A stretch of 64,000 bases of DNA from Octopus sinensis (taxonomy: Eukaryota), in contig NC_043009.1 in assembly GCF_006345805.1 (NCBI RefSeq), positions 54,994,001 through 55,058,000 on the forward strand, read 5' to 3'. Each line of letters begins with the position of its first letter. The stretch's first letter is position 1. Below, piece after piece: positions 10,658-24,110 of the stretch. The notes under the pieces were generated by a model. The model did no database searches. It saw only the letters and a program-made list of their open reading frames with translations, and had not been told where the DNA came from. Made by a program: the position numbers and the translations under genes.

Positions 10658-12849
10658 TACACACAGACCAATAAAACCAGTACCAAACTTTAAAAAAGTA
10701 TTATGATTAGTTTATTCAAATAAAACGCTTCAAGACATTAGATAAAATTCTCAACTCATATTGAAAATATTACTTAATGGACAAATGTATATATCTGTTT
10801 ATGTGAGTATTGGGTATTCACGCATTCCATCATCAATATTGTGTATGTATGTGTGTATTTTACAGTAATGTACATCGATAAAAGATGCAAACATTTGAAA
10901 ACTGGTGCAGTATTTGTCCTTCCCGAGTTACACAGATGCTTTATAAATGCAGTGAAACATTGATTGGTCTGTTGGAAAATTGTAACTAAGGAATTTATTG
11001 TCCCACAAAAAAAAAAAAAATGTAGGTATGATTGTTTGGTTTAGAAGCACACTATGAAGCCATGTAATTTTGGGTTCAGTCTGACTTCACACACTTCGGG
11101 AAAGTGGCTTCTGCTATAGCCCCAGGGCAAACCAATGCCTGAAATTGAAACTGAGTGAAAGCCCATCAAGTTTGGTACTTGTTTTATTGGTCTCTTTTAC
11201 TGAACTGCTACGTTACAGAGACATAAACAAACAGCACCAGTTGTTAAATGCAACAAGTACAAAGATATTTGTGTGTGTAAAAGTGTGTGTGTGTTGCCAC
11301 ACAGTTTCTGCCACACAGTTTCTGTCAACCCAAATTCACTCACAAGGCATCAGTCAACTAGGGTTGTAGTAGAGGACACTTGCCAAAGATACAATGCATT
11401 GGGATTGAACCCAAAACTATGTAGTTACAAAATGAGCTGATGGATGATAACATCAGTCTGCAGAGGCATTTTCAAGTTGATAAATACGCAATTATCATCA
11501 GTAGTGAAAAGAAAATACTAAATTCTCTATATAATTACAGATACAAACCAAGAGGAAATAATAGAAGTTACTCTCAAGAAAATAAAGAATCCATCACTTA
11601 ACAGAGAAATAAGAATCAAAAACTGACAATTGATATTTTCTAGCTATAGCCTGCTTCACATACACAACTGAAAAGTCACGCCAAAATGTCACATCATATC
11701 AATCATTTAAGTTTGAACAGTCAATTAGGAATTCAAGTTCAAATATTTGAAGTCATATATGAGATGTGGAAAATACAGTGTCGTCTCAAGAAGCAAAATA
11801 GAAATACATACAGACACACACATGTTATATAACCATATGAGGCACAGGAGTGGCTAGCCACAGACAGTTGTGTGGATAAGAAGCTTGTTTCCAAACTATG
11901 AGCTCTTGGGTTCAGTTCCACTGCACAGCATCTTGGCAGGTGCCTTCTACTATAGCCCAGAGCTGACCAATGCCTTGTGAGTTAATTTGTTAGATGAATG
12001 TTGTATAAAAGTTAGAAAGTGAAATTTGTAAAGTAAAAGTATTATGTTTTAGATATGGTCTTTGTCAGACACACAGAGAAAAGTCCAGAGAAGAGGAGAA
12101 GACAGGAAGAAAAGAGGAGAAAGGGCTATAGCAGAAGACACTTGCCCAAGATGCCATGCAGTGGGACTGAACCTGGAACCATGTGGTTGGTTAGCAAGCT
12201 ACTTACCACACAGCCACTCCTGCGCCTATATACACATACATTCACATACAGTATGGCCACAGCCTCAGGACTGGAACATATAAAAGAATGTACAGGTGTC
12301 AAGCGACTTCTTTAATTAATGAAAATATTATCTCAATACAGAGAAACTGTTTTTCTCAGATGACTGCACAGACCTCATCTGCTGCTATATCTTTGGCTGA
12401 ATGAGTTTAGAAAAGTAGTCTATGTAGTATCAAATCTACTAGAATTTAGAGGTTAGTAGAGGTTATAGTGGTGGCGGATAATTGAGAATAGTGACCTAGT
12501 TACCTACACTTGGAAGACAATAGGGAGAATGTAGTCTTCAATCATCCAAAATTAAATCTTTTGGGAGTTGTAGCTGTCTTCTAGGGAAAGGTGATTAATT
12601 AATTAATATCATGACAACCTACTAGACTAAGTACTGGAACCTTATATCCCCCCACCCCCCACACTTTGTCTACACCAAAGAGTAAGGCTTGGGGTGATAA
12701 AAGAAAGAAGGATAGCCAGAGCAAATAACACTTATTTTCATTGTCATCTTAAAGGGGAAGATAAGGAAATTAGAGGTGAAAGATAAGTGCAAAGAATAAG
12801 TGAAGTAGCGCTGGTGCAACTTAATATATATTTATATAACTCATTGAAA

Positions 12850-13163
12850 GAGCACATCAGTAGGGAGGTCATCAGACAGAAGTCCAGCGTGAGGGATGTC
12901 ATCATAGAATATACATGCAGCAAGTTTAGATAGGCTAGACACATCGCTCGGTTCACAAATAATCGGTGAACCCACGCAGTTGTCAAGTGCTATCCGCACG
13001 AGCGGAAACGACCACTTGGAAGGCCTCCACGATGGTTGAGTTAGGAATTTAGGAGGGCAATTGGGACCACATGGATGAGGAAGGTGCGATCCAGAGAGGA
13101 GTGGACAGTGTGCTGTGACAAGCAGTGTCAAATGGACGCCCAACAGACTGGTCAGTCAAGGTG
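12850..13163 (+). mobile_element. RTE-clade LINE C-terminal ORF fragment
   Basis: EHISREVIRQKSSVRDVII..ARHIARFTNNR*THAVVKCYPHERKRPLGRPPRW..TTWMRKVRSREEW resembles the RTE-1-type end WAGHIARF.DNRWT.AV..W.PR..KR..GRPP. Confidence 0.8.
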
Positions 13164-13195
13164 ATATATACACACACACACCACACACACATATA

Positions 13196-13346
13196 CAAGA
13201 GGTGCTGAAAAGTTCCTGGCTTTAAGGGTATCATAAAATGCCTAGTTGGAGGCCCAACCTTCCAAGTTCTTTTACAAGGCTTAGAAAAACTGAAGGACCA
13301 CTGCAATAAATGTGTGAATCTGAGAGAACTTTGCAGCACCCCCTTG
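13196..13346 (+). mobile_element. Mariner-derived MITE (151 bp)
   Basis: TA|CAAGAGGTGCTGAAAAGTTC ... GAACTTTGCAGCACCCCCTTG|TA; internal EKLKDHCNKCVNLR resembles a mariner transposase C-terminus. Confidence 0.8.
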
Positions 13347-13734
13347 TACATACATACAAACACACACACACACACAAACACATCCATAAGTATATGACTT
13401 GCCACAGAGTTTCTGGCTACCAAATTCTAAAAGCAAAGTATTCATGAACCTAAGGCTACAGTAGAGAAAACTTGCCAAATGTGCTGCACACTGAGTCAGA
13501 ACCTGAAACCATGTAGCTAAGAAGCAAATTCCTTAACCACACGGTCATACCTGTTCTGTGCATGTGAAGAATATCTATGTGTAATTGTGAATAGCAACCT
13601 TATAAAATACAGTTTTGTTATTGATCACTTAATCCAGATAATGTTCGCGTAAACCAAAGGAAATGCAATTATTCATGATCATTCTAAATAGAGACACACG
13701 GACAGAGACACAAACACACGCAGAAACAAAGAGA

Positions 13735-13770
<36 letters not shown>

Positions 13771-15009
13771 AACGCACTAACACATTTGAAAAATACATTT
13801 AGCTTCAGTGAAAATTGTAACTTACCAAATAAATATCATTATTGAATTCAACAGGAGATTAAAAATAAAAAAAAAACCCAAACCATATTGAACAAACTTC
13901 TAATTTAAATACGAATCATATCATTCTTATCTGTCATTTTGACAGTATCCTTCCTTCCTACCTTCCACTAACACACAATCAATGACGTGTAAATATATAC
14001 TCACGTTGCTGCACGCAACAGTGAGTTCAATTATTCAGTGATGATTGTAGTACAAGAGGGAAAAATCCCTGATGCATTAATAATCTCATAATGGTTGAGT
14101 TTTACACAGAAGCATTTGAACAATCTTAGTCATAGAAGCTACAGCCAAGCAGTATGAAATGATTTTAGTAACTATAGATCCAGTATAGCTATAAGTGATT
14201 TCTCAACCTGTTTCTGTCTTGTTCTGAGGATAACTTTTGCATTTACCTTTTATCTTTGACATGTTTGAGTCTTTGGAATGTGGCCATGCTGGGGCACAGC
14301 CTTGAAAGGTTTTAGTCAAACAAACTGAACCCAATACTTTTTTTTTGTTTTTTTAAAATCTGGTACTTATTGTATTGGTGTCTTTTGTTGAAACTGCTAA
14401 GTTACAGGGATGTAAACAAACCAACACCAAGTGTCAAGTAGTGGTGGTGGAGGAGAGGGAGCATGCACAAACACAAAGACACATGCGCACACATTCCCTC
14501 ACATACATATATACATGCATACATAGATACAGTGAGCTTCCACACAGTTTCCATCAACCAAATTCACTCACAAGCCATTGATAGGCCTTGAGCTATAGTA
14601 AAAGACACTTGCCCAAGATGCCACGCAGTGGGATTGAACCCAAAATCATGTGGTTGCAAAGCAAGCATTTTAACCACATAGCCATTTTTAGATCAAACAA
14701 TCTTAAATCTGGACACATGGCTCATTGCTATAACGACAACAACAGCAAGCTTATCCTTGATTCCACTACTGTATATACTCATTTAAGCTGAAGATTATCT
14801 TATCTTCTACATATATGTAAATATACTGATAATAATTTTTTAATAATTTTATAATACTTTGTGGTTTAGAGGCTTTTTGTATATTTTTGAACATTGAACA
14901 TGAATTAAATGGTGGTTTTTATTCTTGCTATCATCATCAAGTTACTACAATTAGATGCACTCAATGACATGAAGACAGTATATTCAATATCTGTAGATTT
15001 ACTCATAAG

Positions 15010-15590
15010 AAATCAAATCAAATCAAATCAAATCAAACCAAAATAGATGAACATCAATGGAATTTGTATCCTTGTGGTACCAGTGCCGGTGGCACATAAG
15101 AAAACCATCCGAACGTGACCGTAGCCAGTACCGCATCGACTGGCCTCCGTGCTGAGGGCACGTAACAAACACCATCCGAGCGTGGCTGTTCGCCAGCCTC
15201 GTCTGGCACCTGTGTCGGTGACACATAAGAAAACACCATCTGAGCGTGGCCGTCTGCCAGCCTTGTCTGGCACCTGTGTCGGTGGCACATAAAAAAAAAC
15301 ACCATCCGAGCGTGGCCGTCTGCCAGCCTCGTCTGGCACCTGTGTCGGTGGCACATAAAAAACACCATCCGAGCGTGGCCGTCTGCCAGTCTCGTCTGGC
15401 ACCTGTGTTGGTGGCACATAAAATCACCCACTACACTCTCGGAGTGGTTGGCGTTAGGAAGGGCATCCAGCTGTAGAAACACTGCCAGATCTGACTGGCC
15501 TGGTGCAGCCTTCGGGCTTGCCAGACCCCAGTTGAACCGTCCAACCCATGCTAGCATGGAAAGCGGACGTTAAACGATGATGATGATGAT
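15010..15590 (+). mobile_element. Non-autonomous retroelement (family C) with an internal ~61-bp tandem array, (AAATC)n left end and (GAT)n tail
   Basis: Four tandem AAACACCATCCGAGCGTGGCCGTCTGCCAGCCTCGTCTGGCACCTGTGTCGGTGGCACAT units at 15167-15421; 3' end CCAACCCATGCTAGCATGGAAAGCGGACGTTAAACGATGATG shared by many copies. Confidence 0.85.
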
Positions 15591-16518
15591 AATAATACCA
15601 TGCATTAATCTAGCCTGGGACCACAATCTAGCCTTTAATGTGCAGGTTTCTGTTTTTCTTGTTTTTTTTTAAAGGTAGTATTGTAATCATTTAAGCAAGT
15701 CTCATCAAGTTTGTAGCTTGGATATTGAGAAATTTAATGGTGAAAACAGAGAAGTTGGTAAGGCACAGTTGTAGGAAGATACCATTATCAGAGAATAGGT
15801 TGGATGCCATTATCATCATCATAATCTTTACTTCCTTGGCCAAACTAACCCATACTGGTATGGGTTAGTTGGCTCAGGACTGCTCTCCTACATGGGTCAA
15901 AGGACCAGTTTGCTCATAAGTTTCATTTTCAGTTGGGTTGCACTTTACAGAATTTTACTGGGTGCAGTTTTCCTGGCACCAGCACTATAGAATTTTCCAA
16001 ATAACTGATAAGTGATCTCAATCCTACACTTAACAGAATACACACGACACATTGTTTCATGATAACTGGTGGCAATCCAGTACTAATTTTATCAACTAGT
16101 GACTGGCAGTGTTGACCATAGTAACATTTGAACATACAACACATCTGATACAAACTAAACAAGTTTGCCAAGCTAATACTCATTAAAAAAATATATACAT
16201 TAAAGCTAATTTTAGAGTTAACTACAAGCACCTGGTAACAGTAAATAACAAATTAGAAATTCTATTCTGTTTGAGCACAACTTTTTACTGAACAACAGAA
16301 ATAATAAAACAAAATCTTAATTTTATTGTTTCAATTAACAAAGAGCTGACAAATAATATTTCATGAAAGGAATATATGTGTGTGTATATGTGCATGTGTG
16401 CATGTGTGAAACTACAAAAACGTCTGAATATAAATTTCAGAAACAGTTAAGATACTCTAACTGGAAGCATGTTTCGTACAATAAATATTGCAGAAACCTA
16501 ATCCATTTGTTTAGATGT

Positions 16519-16558
<40 letters not shown>

Positions 16559-18022
16559 TTAGTATTAAAAGAAAATTAGTGACAGGAATCTAAAAGACAA
16601 ACAAATGATGAATTATAGTCAATCGGAAATGTCCATGGAACATGTGTAGTGAAAGCAAGACGCTATAAAGGTTTCATTTTACTCTCTCAAATGCAACTGC
16701 AACTAGCTCGACTAGAAATGCAAGCTGGCTTACATCATGATGATGATGATGATGACAATGGATATAGAAGTGGCATGTTTTGAACAGTATAACAGGTTAA
16801 ACTAGAAACATGAACTGGCCCATATGATGGTGATGGTAGTGATAGTGGTGGTGGTGGTAGTGGCAGTTATGGCAATGCAAAGTATTTTCAGTAATAAAAT
16901 ACCATATCCCAATGATGATTGTTGATGGGAGGGGGGCTAGTCTTATAATGTGAAGAATGACGTGAATGGAGGTAACATGATTCCAAGTGAAATATTTTCA
17001 TCCCTTTGTGATTTGATCAAAACAAGTACCAGCGATACACTAGAATCAATGCCAACTAACAAAACTTGATCATTAAAAAGCAACAAGAAATAGTACCAGA
17101 GGTTTCACATGGTCACTATTTTGTGCTTCTCCTTTTAGGATTAACAAATAAGAAGAAATATAAAGACATGCCGAGTTTACTGTAAAATAAAATTTGTTTA
17201 CATTTTCAACAAGGCTTTATAAAAACCTTTGTAACAACCACATTCAACATATCTTATTGAAATATTATAACTTGTGCCTGTGTTCTTGTACTGAGACATT
17301 CAGTTCTACTCCACTAAATCTACTTGAGAGAACAAGTTGCTGTTGGCTGCAGTCTTTGATTGTGGAGTTACTGACAAATAACATTCAATTGCCATCTTAA
17401 TTGACTAAAAACAGGTACCAAAGATGGACCAGCGCATGGTGTAAATCAGCTGAGTGACTTTCAAAGCTTCGTATTTGCAATCAGATCATATCTTATCCTG
17501 GAGCAGAAACTAACCATCAATCTGTTCAAATTTATTTGAAAACAAATTATTTTACATTTTAGAAATTAAATGATTTATTGATTTCTAATGTTAACAAAGG
17601 TCCGCAACATTTACAGGAGAGAGTTGTAGATTACTGATTCAGCCTACAGTGAAATATCTGGAATTTGTTTAATTAAAATTGAGAAGATTTTGAGTAAAAG
17701 GCAAACAAACACAGAGAAATTATAGTATTTAGTCCATCTCTCTAACATTCCTGCTATGCAGTCACTATCATCAATCAATTAAAAACTAATCATTAAAAAC
17801 TATCATCTCCATCTTACTCTCACTTTCTCATGTATATAATCATCATCATTGCGTTAATGGTCTACCTTCCCGTGAGTCAGATGGAAATTGTTGTAACAAA
17901 TTTTCTACAACCAGATGCCCTTCCATTTGCCAGCTCTCACCTGTTTACAAACAAGGTATTACTTCCCCACAACCAGACATGAATAATAATGTTTGTACAA
18001 CAGCGATGCTCATTTACATCTT

Positions 18023-18306
18023 ATCTAGCCACCACAGTCTCCAGATCTCAGTATTATTGAACATTTATGGTGCATTTTAGAAAAAAAAAGTTAGGAGTTG
18101 ATATCCTCCACCATCCTCACAACAGGAACTGGAGACTGTTTTAGCTGAAGAATGGACAAAAATTCCTTTGGAAACAATTCAAACTTTGTACGAGTCCATA
18201 CCTCATAGAATTCAAGCTGTAATTACTGTCAAAGGTGGTTCCACCCCATATTAAAATAAATTTGTTTGAAATTTTAAGGTGTTTCCATTATTTTGTCCAA
18301 CTCATG
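18023..18306 (+). mobile_element. Tc1-family transposon 3' fragment
   Basis: I*PPQSPDLSIIEHLWCILEKK..QQELETVLAEEWTKIPLETIQTLYESIPHRIQAVITVKGGSTPY* (WPxQSPDLNxIEHLW motif), ending in a TIR-like GGTGTTTCCATTATTTTGTCCAACTCATG|TA. Confidence 0.85.
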
Positions 18307-18316
18307 TATATATATA

Positions 18317-18505
18317 GGGGGAGAGTTCATGAAAAAACAAAAGACGAAGACAGGTGGTGTACAAAACAAACAGATGTGTTAGTATAACGCTCAGGAATTG
18401 AAAAAGTTTTTAACGTTTCAAGCCTATGCTCTTCAACAGAAAGGGACACAGAAAAAAACAAGGAGAGAAAAAAAATGTGTGTAGTGGCTACCGATCTATC
18501 ATGGC
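18317..18505. mobile_element. Probable Penelope-like element terminal fragment; similar remnants at 1-46, ~30480-30625, 30830-31010, 31160-31232, 58650-58830
   Basis: Short (TA)n-flanked segments with ACGTTTC(G/A)AGC..CTCTTC or CGAAAC-type motifs; no ORF, so the family assignment is from memory. Confidence 0.4.
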
Positions 18506-19278
18506 TAAATTACAAGTAGAAAACAACAAAGGCGAGCACTGTCTCCTTTCAGTGTCTTAGTCTATTTGTCTCTCATATTACAAAGCCTTCTAATAATTTT
18601 TCACTTATAATCTTATATGTGGTATACATCACATGATTAGATATATCTTTCTCGTTTTCCAAGTACAGTTGTTTATATTAAAAACTAGAAATCTAATTGT
18701 GATTCTCTACTATGAAACAAAAGAGAGAAAGACATCACTGTTTCTGGAAGAAATGCAATACCATTACTGGAGTACAACAGAACTTAAGAGTGAGCATTAA
18801 TGAAATAATAATCTAGCAAAACAGTATAAAGTGTGAGTGTATGTGGATGTACATAAGTGAATGTATGTGTTTGTCTGTGAGTGTATATACATGTGCAATG
18901 AGATTAAATGGAATCACGTGCAAATACTATAAATTACATCTTTATTAAAATTCACTTGATTGAAAGAGATTAGCTTTTCGTGTATCAGTAAACACATGCA
19001 ATCCCACCAGTTTCAACAGAGCTTAGAATTGAGTGCATGCACGTACATCTATAGTTTGAGGTGGAGTTTGAATAGTGTATCATTATTATTTTAATGCTCA
19101 CTCTTACATGCTTGCATGGATCAGATGAAATTTATTGAGGCAGATTTTCTATGGCTGGATGGCCTTCTATACCTGTTTATACAAGGTAATATTTTCCCAT
19201 AACCAGACACATTTTTCACAGAATATTGGAAATGAAAGGCATTCATTTACAACAATCACACGATGAGAAATTAAGGAG

Positions 19279-19311
<33 letters not shown>

Positions 19312-20725
19312 CGTATATGATGACAGGCTTCTTTCAGGTTCTGTCTATGAAATCTGCTCACAAGGCTTTGGTCAGCCTAAGGCTATAGTAGAAGACACTT
19401 GCCCAGGGTACCAGGAAGTGAGAGTGAACCTGAAACCATGTAGCTGGGGAGTAAACTTCTTAACCACAGAACCCTGCCTGCACCTACAAGTGTACTTTTT
19501 TTTACATTTAGTCAAGAAGAGAAGCACTTCTGCTTTTTTCCCCCTTTTTTTTAAGACTTTATAGACAGGTGAGATGAAGGAGAAAGTTATCCTCAAACTG
19601 GGGTCCAAGCCCAGATGCTTACAACACAGTAAAACTCTACCAAATATACTTAAGGACAGGTAATGGTATGAAAATAGAAGACAGACTACATCTACCACCC
19701 AAGAACTCAAAAAGTAAACAACCAGAAGAAATATCACAATGCATCTCACCTGATGTATGAATAATTGTGCCAAGTCACAACCCTGGACAATTCTAAGAGA
19801 ATAAAAAGCAAAGTTGATGTTGGCAGAATTTGAACTCAGAATGCAGAAAGTCAGAACAAATATTCTTTTCTACTCTAGGCATGAGCCCTGAAATTTTGGG
19901 GGAGGGGGCCAGTCAACTAGATTGACCCAAGTATGCAGCTAGTACTTAATTTATCGACCCCGAAAGGATGAAAGGCAAAGTCGACCTTGACAGAATTTGA
20001 ACCCAGAACGTAATAGCCAGAACAAATATTACAAAGCAATATGTCCTACACTCTAATGGTTCTGCTAATTTGCTATTTATATACATCATGCTCATCATCA
20101 TCATCATTTTAATGCCCTCTTTACTATGCTTGCATGGGTCTGACAGCATTTGCTGAGGCAGATATTCTATGGCTGAATGCCTTTCCTGTCACTAACACTC
20201 ACCTGTTTTCAAGCAAGATAATATTCCCCAGATCGGTCAAACAATAAATAATCCAAGTTACAAATCCTTTTTTTTTTTATTGCTGTACAATGATTATCCA
20301 ACATGTCAAGAGATCTCAAAAAGCTTGAACGTGCTTTCACTGTTGACTGAAAACGTACAATGGTGCCTGTATTTGATTAAAAAAGATGTTGTTTTGCTTA
20401 CATTTAGGAAATGCATGTGAAAACAAACTAAGGGAAAATATGAAATCCTTTTCACATACGCATATTGATATGTAGTACACTATACACCTGTAAAGGCAAA
20501 GTTAATTTGATGGCAGGAGTAAGCAAGTATACAGCACTAAAAACTGATCACTATAAACGAATCATCTCTGTAGGTTGTTTGGCAAAAATTATGGTATCCT
20601 CATCTGTCATTTATGACAGGAAAGTCCAACACACACACACACGTGTTTGTGTATGTGTGTGTGTCTACTAATTTCACTCACAAAGTATTGGTCATTCCAC
20701 AGAATGTTAACCAATAATGCTCATA

Positions 20726-20893
20726 GGCGCAGGAATGGCTGTGTAAGTAGCTTGCTAACCAACCACATGATTCCGGGTTCAGTCCCACTGCATGGCATCT
20801 TGGGCAAGTGTCTTCTGCTATAGCCCTGGGCCGACCAATGCCTTGTGAGTGGATTTGGTAGACGGAAACTGAAATATGCCTGTCGTATATATG

Positions 20894-20938
<45 letters not shown>

Positions 20939-21149
20939 TTGTGTGTCTGTGTTTGTCCCCCTAGCATTGCTTGACAACCGATGCTGGTGTGTTTACGTCC
21001 CCGTTACTTAGTGGTTCGGCAAAAGAGACCGATAGAATAAGTACTGGGCTTACAAAAGAATAAGTCCTGGGGTCGATTTGCTCAACTAAAGGCTGTGCTC
21101 CAGCATGGCTGCAGTCAAATGACTGAAACAAGTAAAAGAGTAAAGAGTA
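20726..21149 (+). mobile_element. Full-length tRNA-headed SINE (family A) with a central microsatellite
   Basis: GGCGCAGGAATGGCTGTG..GGGTTCAGTCCCACTG (B box)..TTGGGCAAGTGTCTTCTGCTATAGCC..(TA)n(TG)n..CCAGCATGGCTGCAGTCAAATGACTGAAACAAG(TAAAAGAG)n. Confidence 0.9.
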
Positions 21150-23464
21150 TACAGTGGGATTGATGGCTAACATCGAACCCCTTACCATATTGCTCCAAAA
21201 CTAACTGCTTAACTACCCAGCCATATACGATTCCTAAGAATGGTTTATACTAATATGAATACAGCTTTCATAGTCCTGTGACTTAACAATTATCAGTGAC
21301 AGTAATTTTATGCTGATAAAACCACCACAAAACAAGAGAATATAGAAGAATGAAATGCAAAAAGAGGAGATGATGACAATAATAGCTCCATAATATGAAA
21401 GATGTACATAAAATATGAAAACTGTTAATGCGAACTAACAAATTCTTAACCAGTTAACATATTTTTGTCCAATCAGAGACTTGCATAATATCCATAATAT
21501 ATATATAGCTATGTTCAAGTGCCAATTGAACTGGTATAATTCAAACAGTTTGGTACATCCAGACAGCAGTCATTAACAATAAAAGTAAATTTTCTTCATT
21601 TTGAAAGTCTGTAGCTTCCCAAGGTGTTTGCATCATCATAATCTAATGTCTGTTTTCCATATTGGCATGGGTTTGGATGGTCTGACAGGAGGAAACAGCA
21701 AGCTACAAGGCTGTGCTGAGCACCAGTGTCAGCTATAGCATTGGTTCTATGTCTGGATGTCCTTCCTAACACGAACCACCTTGCAGTGTGTACTGGGTGC
21801 TTTTGCATGGTACCAGCATTAGTGAGATTGCCAAGTAAATTGAAAGACAGAAAAAGAACAGGGGGGGGGGAAAAAGGTAGAAACCTCCTACTAAGTGGGG
21901 AGAGTATTGGAGAAGGGAAGGTGGATTTGCACCAGGTGTTGATAGGCAAAAGTATGATAGAGAGACAAGCGGTGGTGAATGAAACTACAGCGGCATGATA
22001 TGTAAATAACCTATAGAGGACTGTTTGCTATTCGAGCAGTTCTTTGGAAAATTTCTCCCCTCCCTCTTTCTTTTGTAGTGCTTAAAACTAAAGTAATGTT
22101 ACATTTAAATAGCAATGGAATGTGAAAGTGATTGGAAATGCTACATTGTGATGGTTAGCTTCCAACAAACTGATCAATATTACACGTTTGATTTCTAGTT
22201 TGAACCATTTTCACACAATTTGCTGCCTGTACCAGGGGTTTTTCATTTCATAATCAACAGAAATATCTCTCTTCTGCTTAATGCTGTGGAAAATCTAAGA
22301 TAAAGAACAGACCTTTGGATTGTTGTGGCATAGATTACTTTCAGGTTTTTCATCTGCTTATGTATCTAAAGTAAAAGTGTGTCCCCATATGTGTGTGTGT
22401 GTGTGTGTGTATACGTATATTTTTAGTTGTACACATACACAATTATAAGTAAAAACAAAGGTTAAAATGTATGTTTGTGTGTGTACATCCCTATGTAATT
22501 ATACACACACATGCTTATAAGTGAAAAATAAAGTATTAAATGTATATATGTGTGTATGAATGTGTGTTTGAGTTCTCTCTTTCATAAATTCCTTTTGTCC
22601 ATTTTGTGTATTATCCATGCTTGCAGAAATCTAATACAAATTATTGAGGTATTCTTTTTAACAGCCATATGCCCTTCCTGTCACTCAAGCCTAACCTGTT
22701 TTTCTAAAAAGGGATCTCTTATTCCACATGTTTTCATAAGTGCAAATGTAGTGGACGGTTTGTTGACAGGGAAATGTAAACAAACATTACTGTTCAGAGC
22801 TCAGTACCGATTTTCATGCGAAGCACAGAATGTAAACATTTACACACACAAACACAGACATATGCTTACAAAAATGCTTAGCTATCACTTGTATATGAAT
22901 ATGACCGTGAAGCTTGTACCATGCTTTCATACGATCTTTTAGGTGCCTGTGTAGTCAGGAGTATATGGCCATCTCTTTGATATTCTTACCTTTGACTCAG
23001 TGAAACATCAAGGCTGTGACAGGTGGACAGAGAGGGCATTGCACCAGCAGTCAGTTGGTACTCATTTCCAGCAGAGTAGACTGGAACAACACGAAGAGCC
23101 TTGCTGAAGGTCATGATGCATTGCCTTGTCCAGGAATTGAACTGGTTAAATCACATTCATGAACTCTGTACCTAACTACTACACTTTGTGCATAATGGGG
23201 TTCTAGGCAAACCAGGCAATGAACTCGGCAGCACTCCAGCATGCAATTGGGTAACAAAGTACTCAGAGGAATACTGATGACACATCCTTCCTGGAATGTA
23301 CTATGTGATTTCTTGCAGATCAATACCTCAATATTTATTCTTATCATTATTATTATTAAGGCACTAGCTTCAGCTGTACATATTCTAAAATTGGAACTAT
23401 ACAGAAGATTATTATTATTATTATTATTCAAAAAACAAAATGTTTAGCAGCATTTCATTCATCT

Positions 23465-23861
23465 TCATGTTCTGAGTTCAAATTCTGCTGAGGTCAACTT
23501 TGCCTTTCATCCTGTCAGGATCAATAAATTAAGAACCAGTTAAGCACTGGGGTTGATGCAATCAACCATCTCCCTTCTCCAAAATTTCAGGCCTTGTGTC
23601 TATAGTAGAAAGGATTATTATTATCATCATCATCATTATTATTATTACTATAATTAAGGTGGTGAGCTGGCAGAATCGTTAGCACACCAGATGAAATGCT
23701 TAGCAGTATTTCTTTGTCTTTACGTACAATTCCACCAAGGTTGATTTTGCCTTTCCTCCTTTCAGGGTCGATAAATTAAGTTGCACACTGGGGTCAATCT
23801 AATCAACTGCCCCCACCCCACTCCCTTCAAAATTTCAGGCCTTATGCCTACAGCAGAAAGG

Positions 23862-23905
<44 letters not shown>

Positions 23906-24110
23906 CACAAAGGTCATCTGTTGGCATGCCAGGCAAAATGCTTAACAGTGTTTTATCTGTCATCACATTCTGAGTTCAAATTCCACTAAACTCAACTTTG
24001 CGTTTCATCCTTACAGGATCAACTGAATGAGTCCCAGTTGCATACTGGAGTTCATGTAAATGACTAGCCCCCTCCCCACAAATTTCAGGCCTTGTGCCTA
24101 TAGTAGAAAA
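23465..24110 (+). mobile_element. Head-to-tail cluster of three family-B SINE copies separated by (TTA)n
   Basis: Repeated TTCTGAGTTCAAATT..TTGCCTTTCATCC..AAATTTCAGGCCTTGTGCCTATAGTAGAAAGG(ATT)n. Confidence 0.8.

Noticed and set aside
12950-12972. Hairpin GGTTCAC..GTGAACC
   Set aside because: Short stem inside the RTE coding fragment; likely chance
15167-15421. CRISPR-like array of regularly spaced repeats (also 37132-37318)
   Set aside because: Units are contiguous near-identical ~61-mers with no unique spacers, inside a retroelement, with no cas genes in a eukaryotic context
15023-15557. Overlapping ORFs of 129-167 aa
   Set aside because: They come from the GC-rich tandem units, open in several frames and on both strands
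16523-16551. Long poly-A run suggesting a processed pseudogene tail
   Set aside because: No upstream ORF remnant or TSD
17330-17525. Unique, protein-looking stretch (IRSFESHSADLHHALVHLW or CKYEALKVTQLIYTMRWSIF on the minus strand)
   Set aside because: Every frame has a stop between the available acceptor and donor sites
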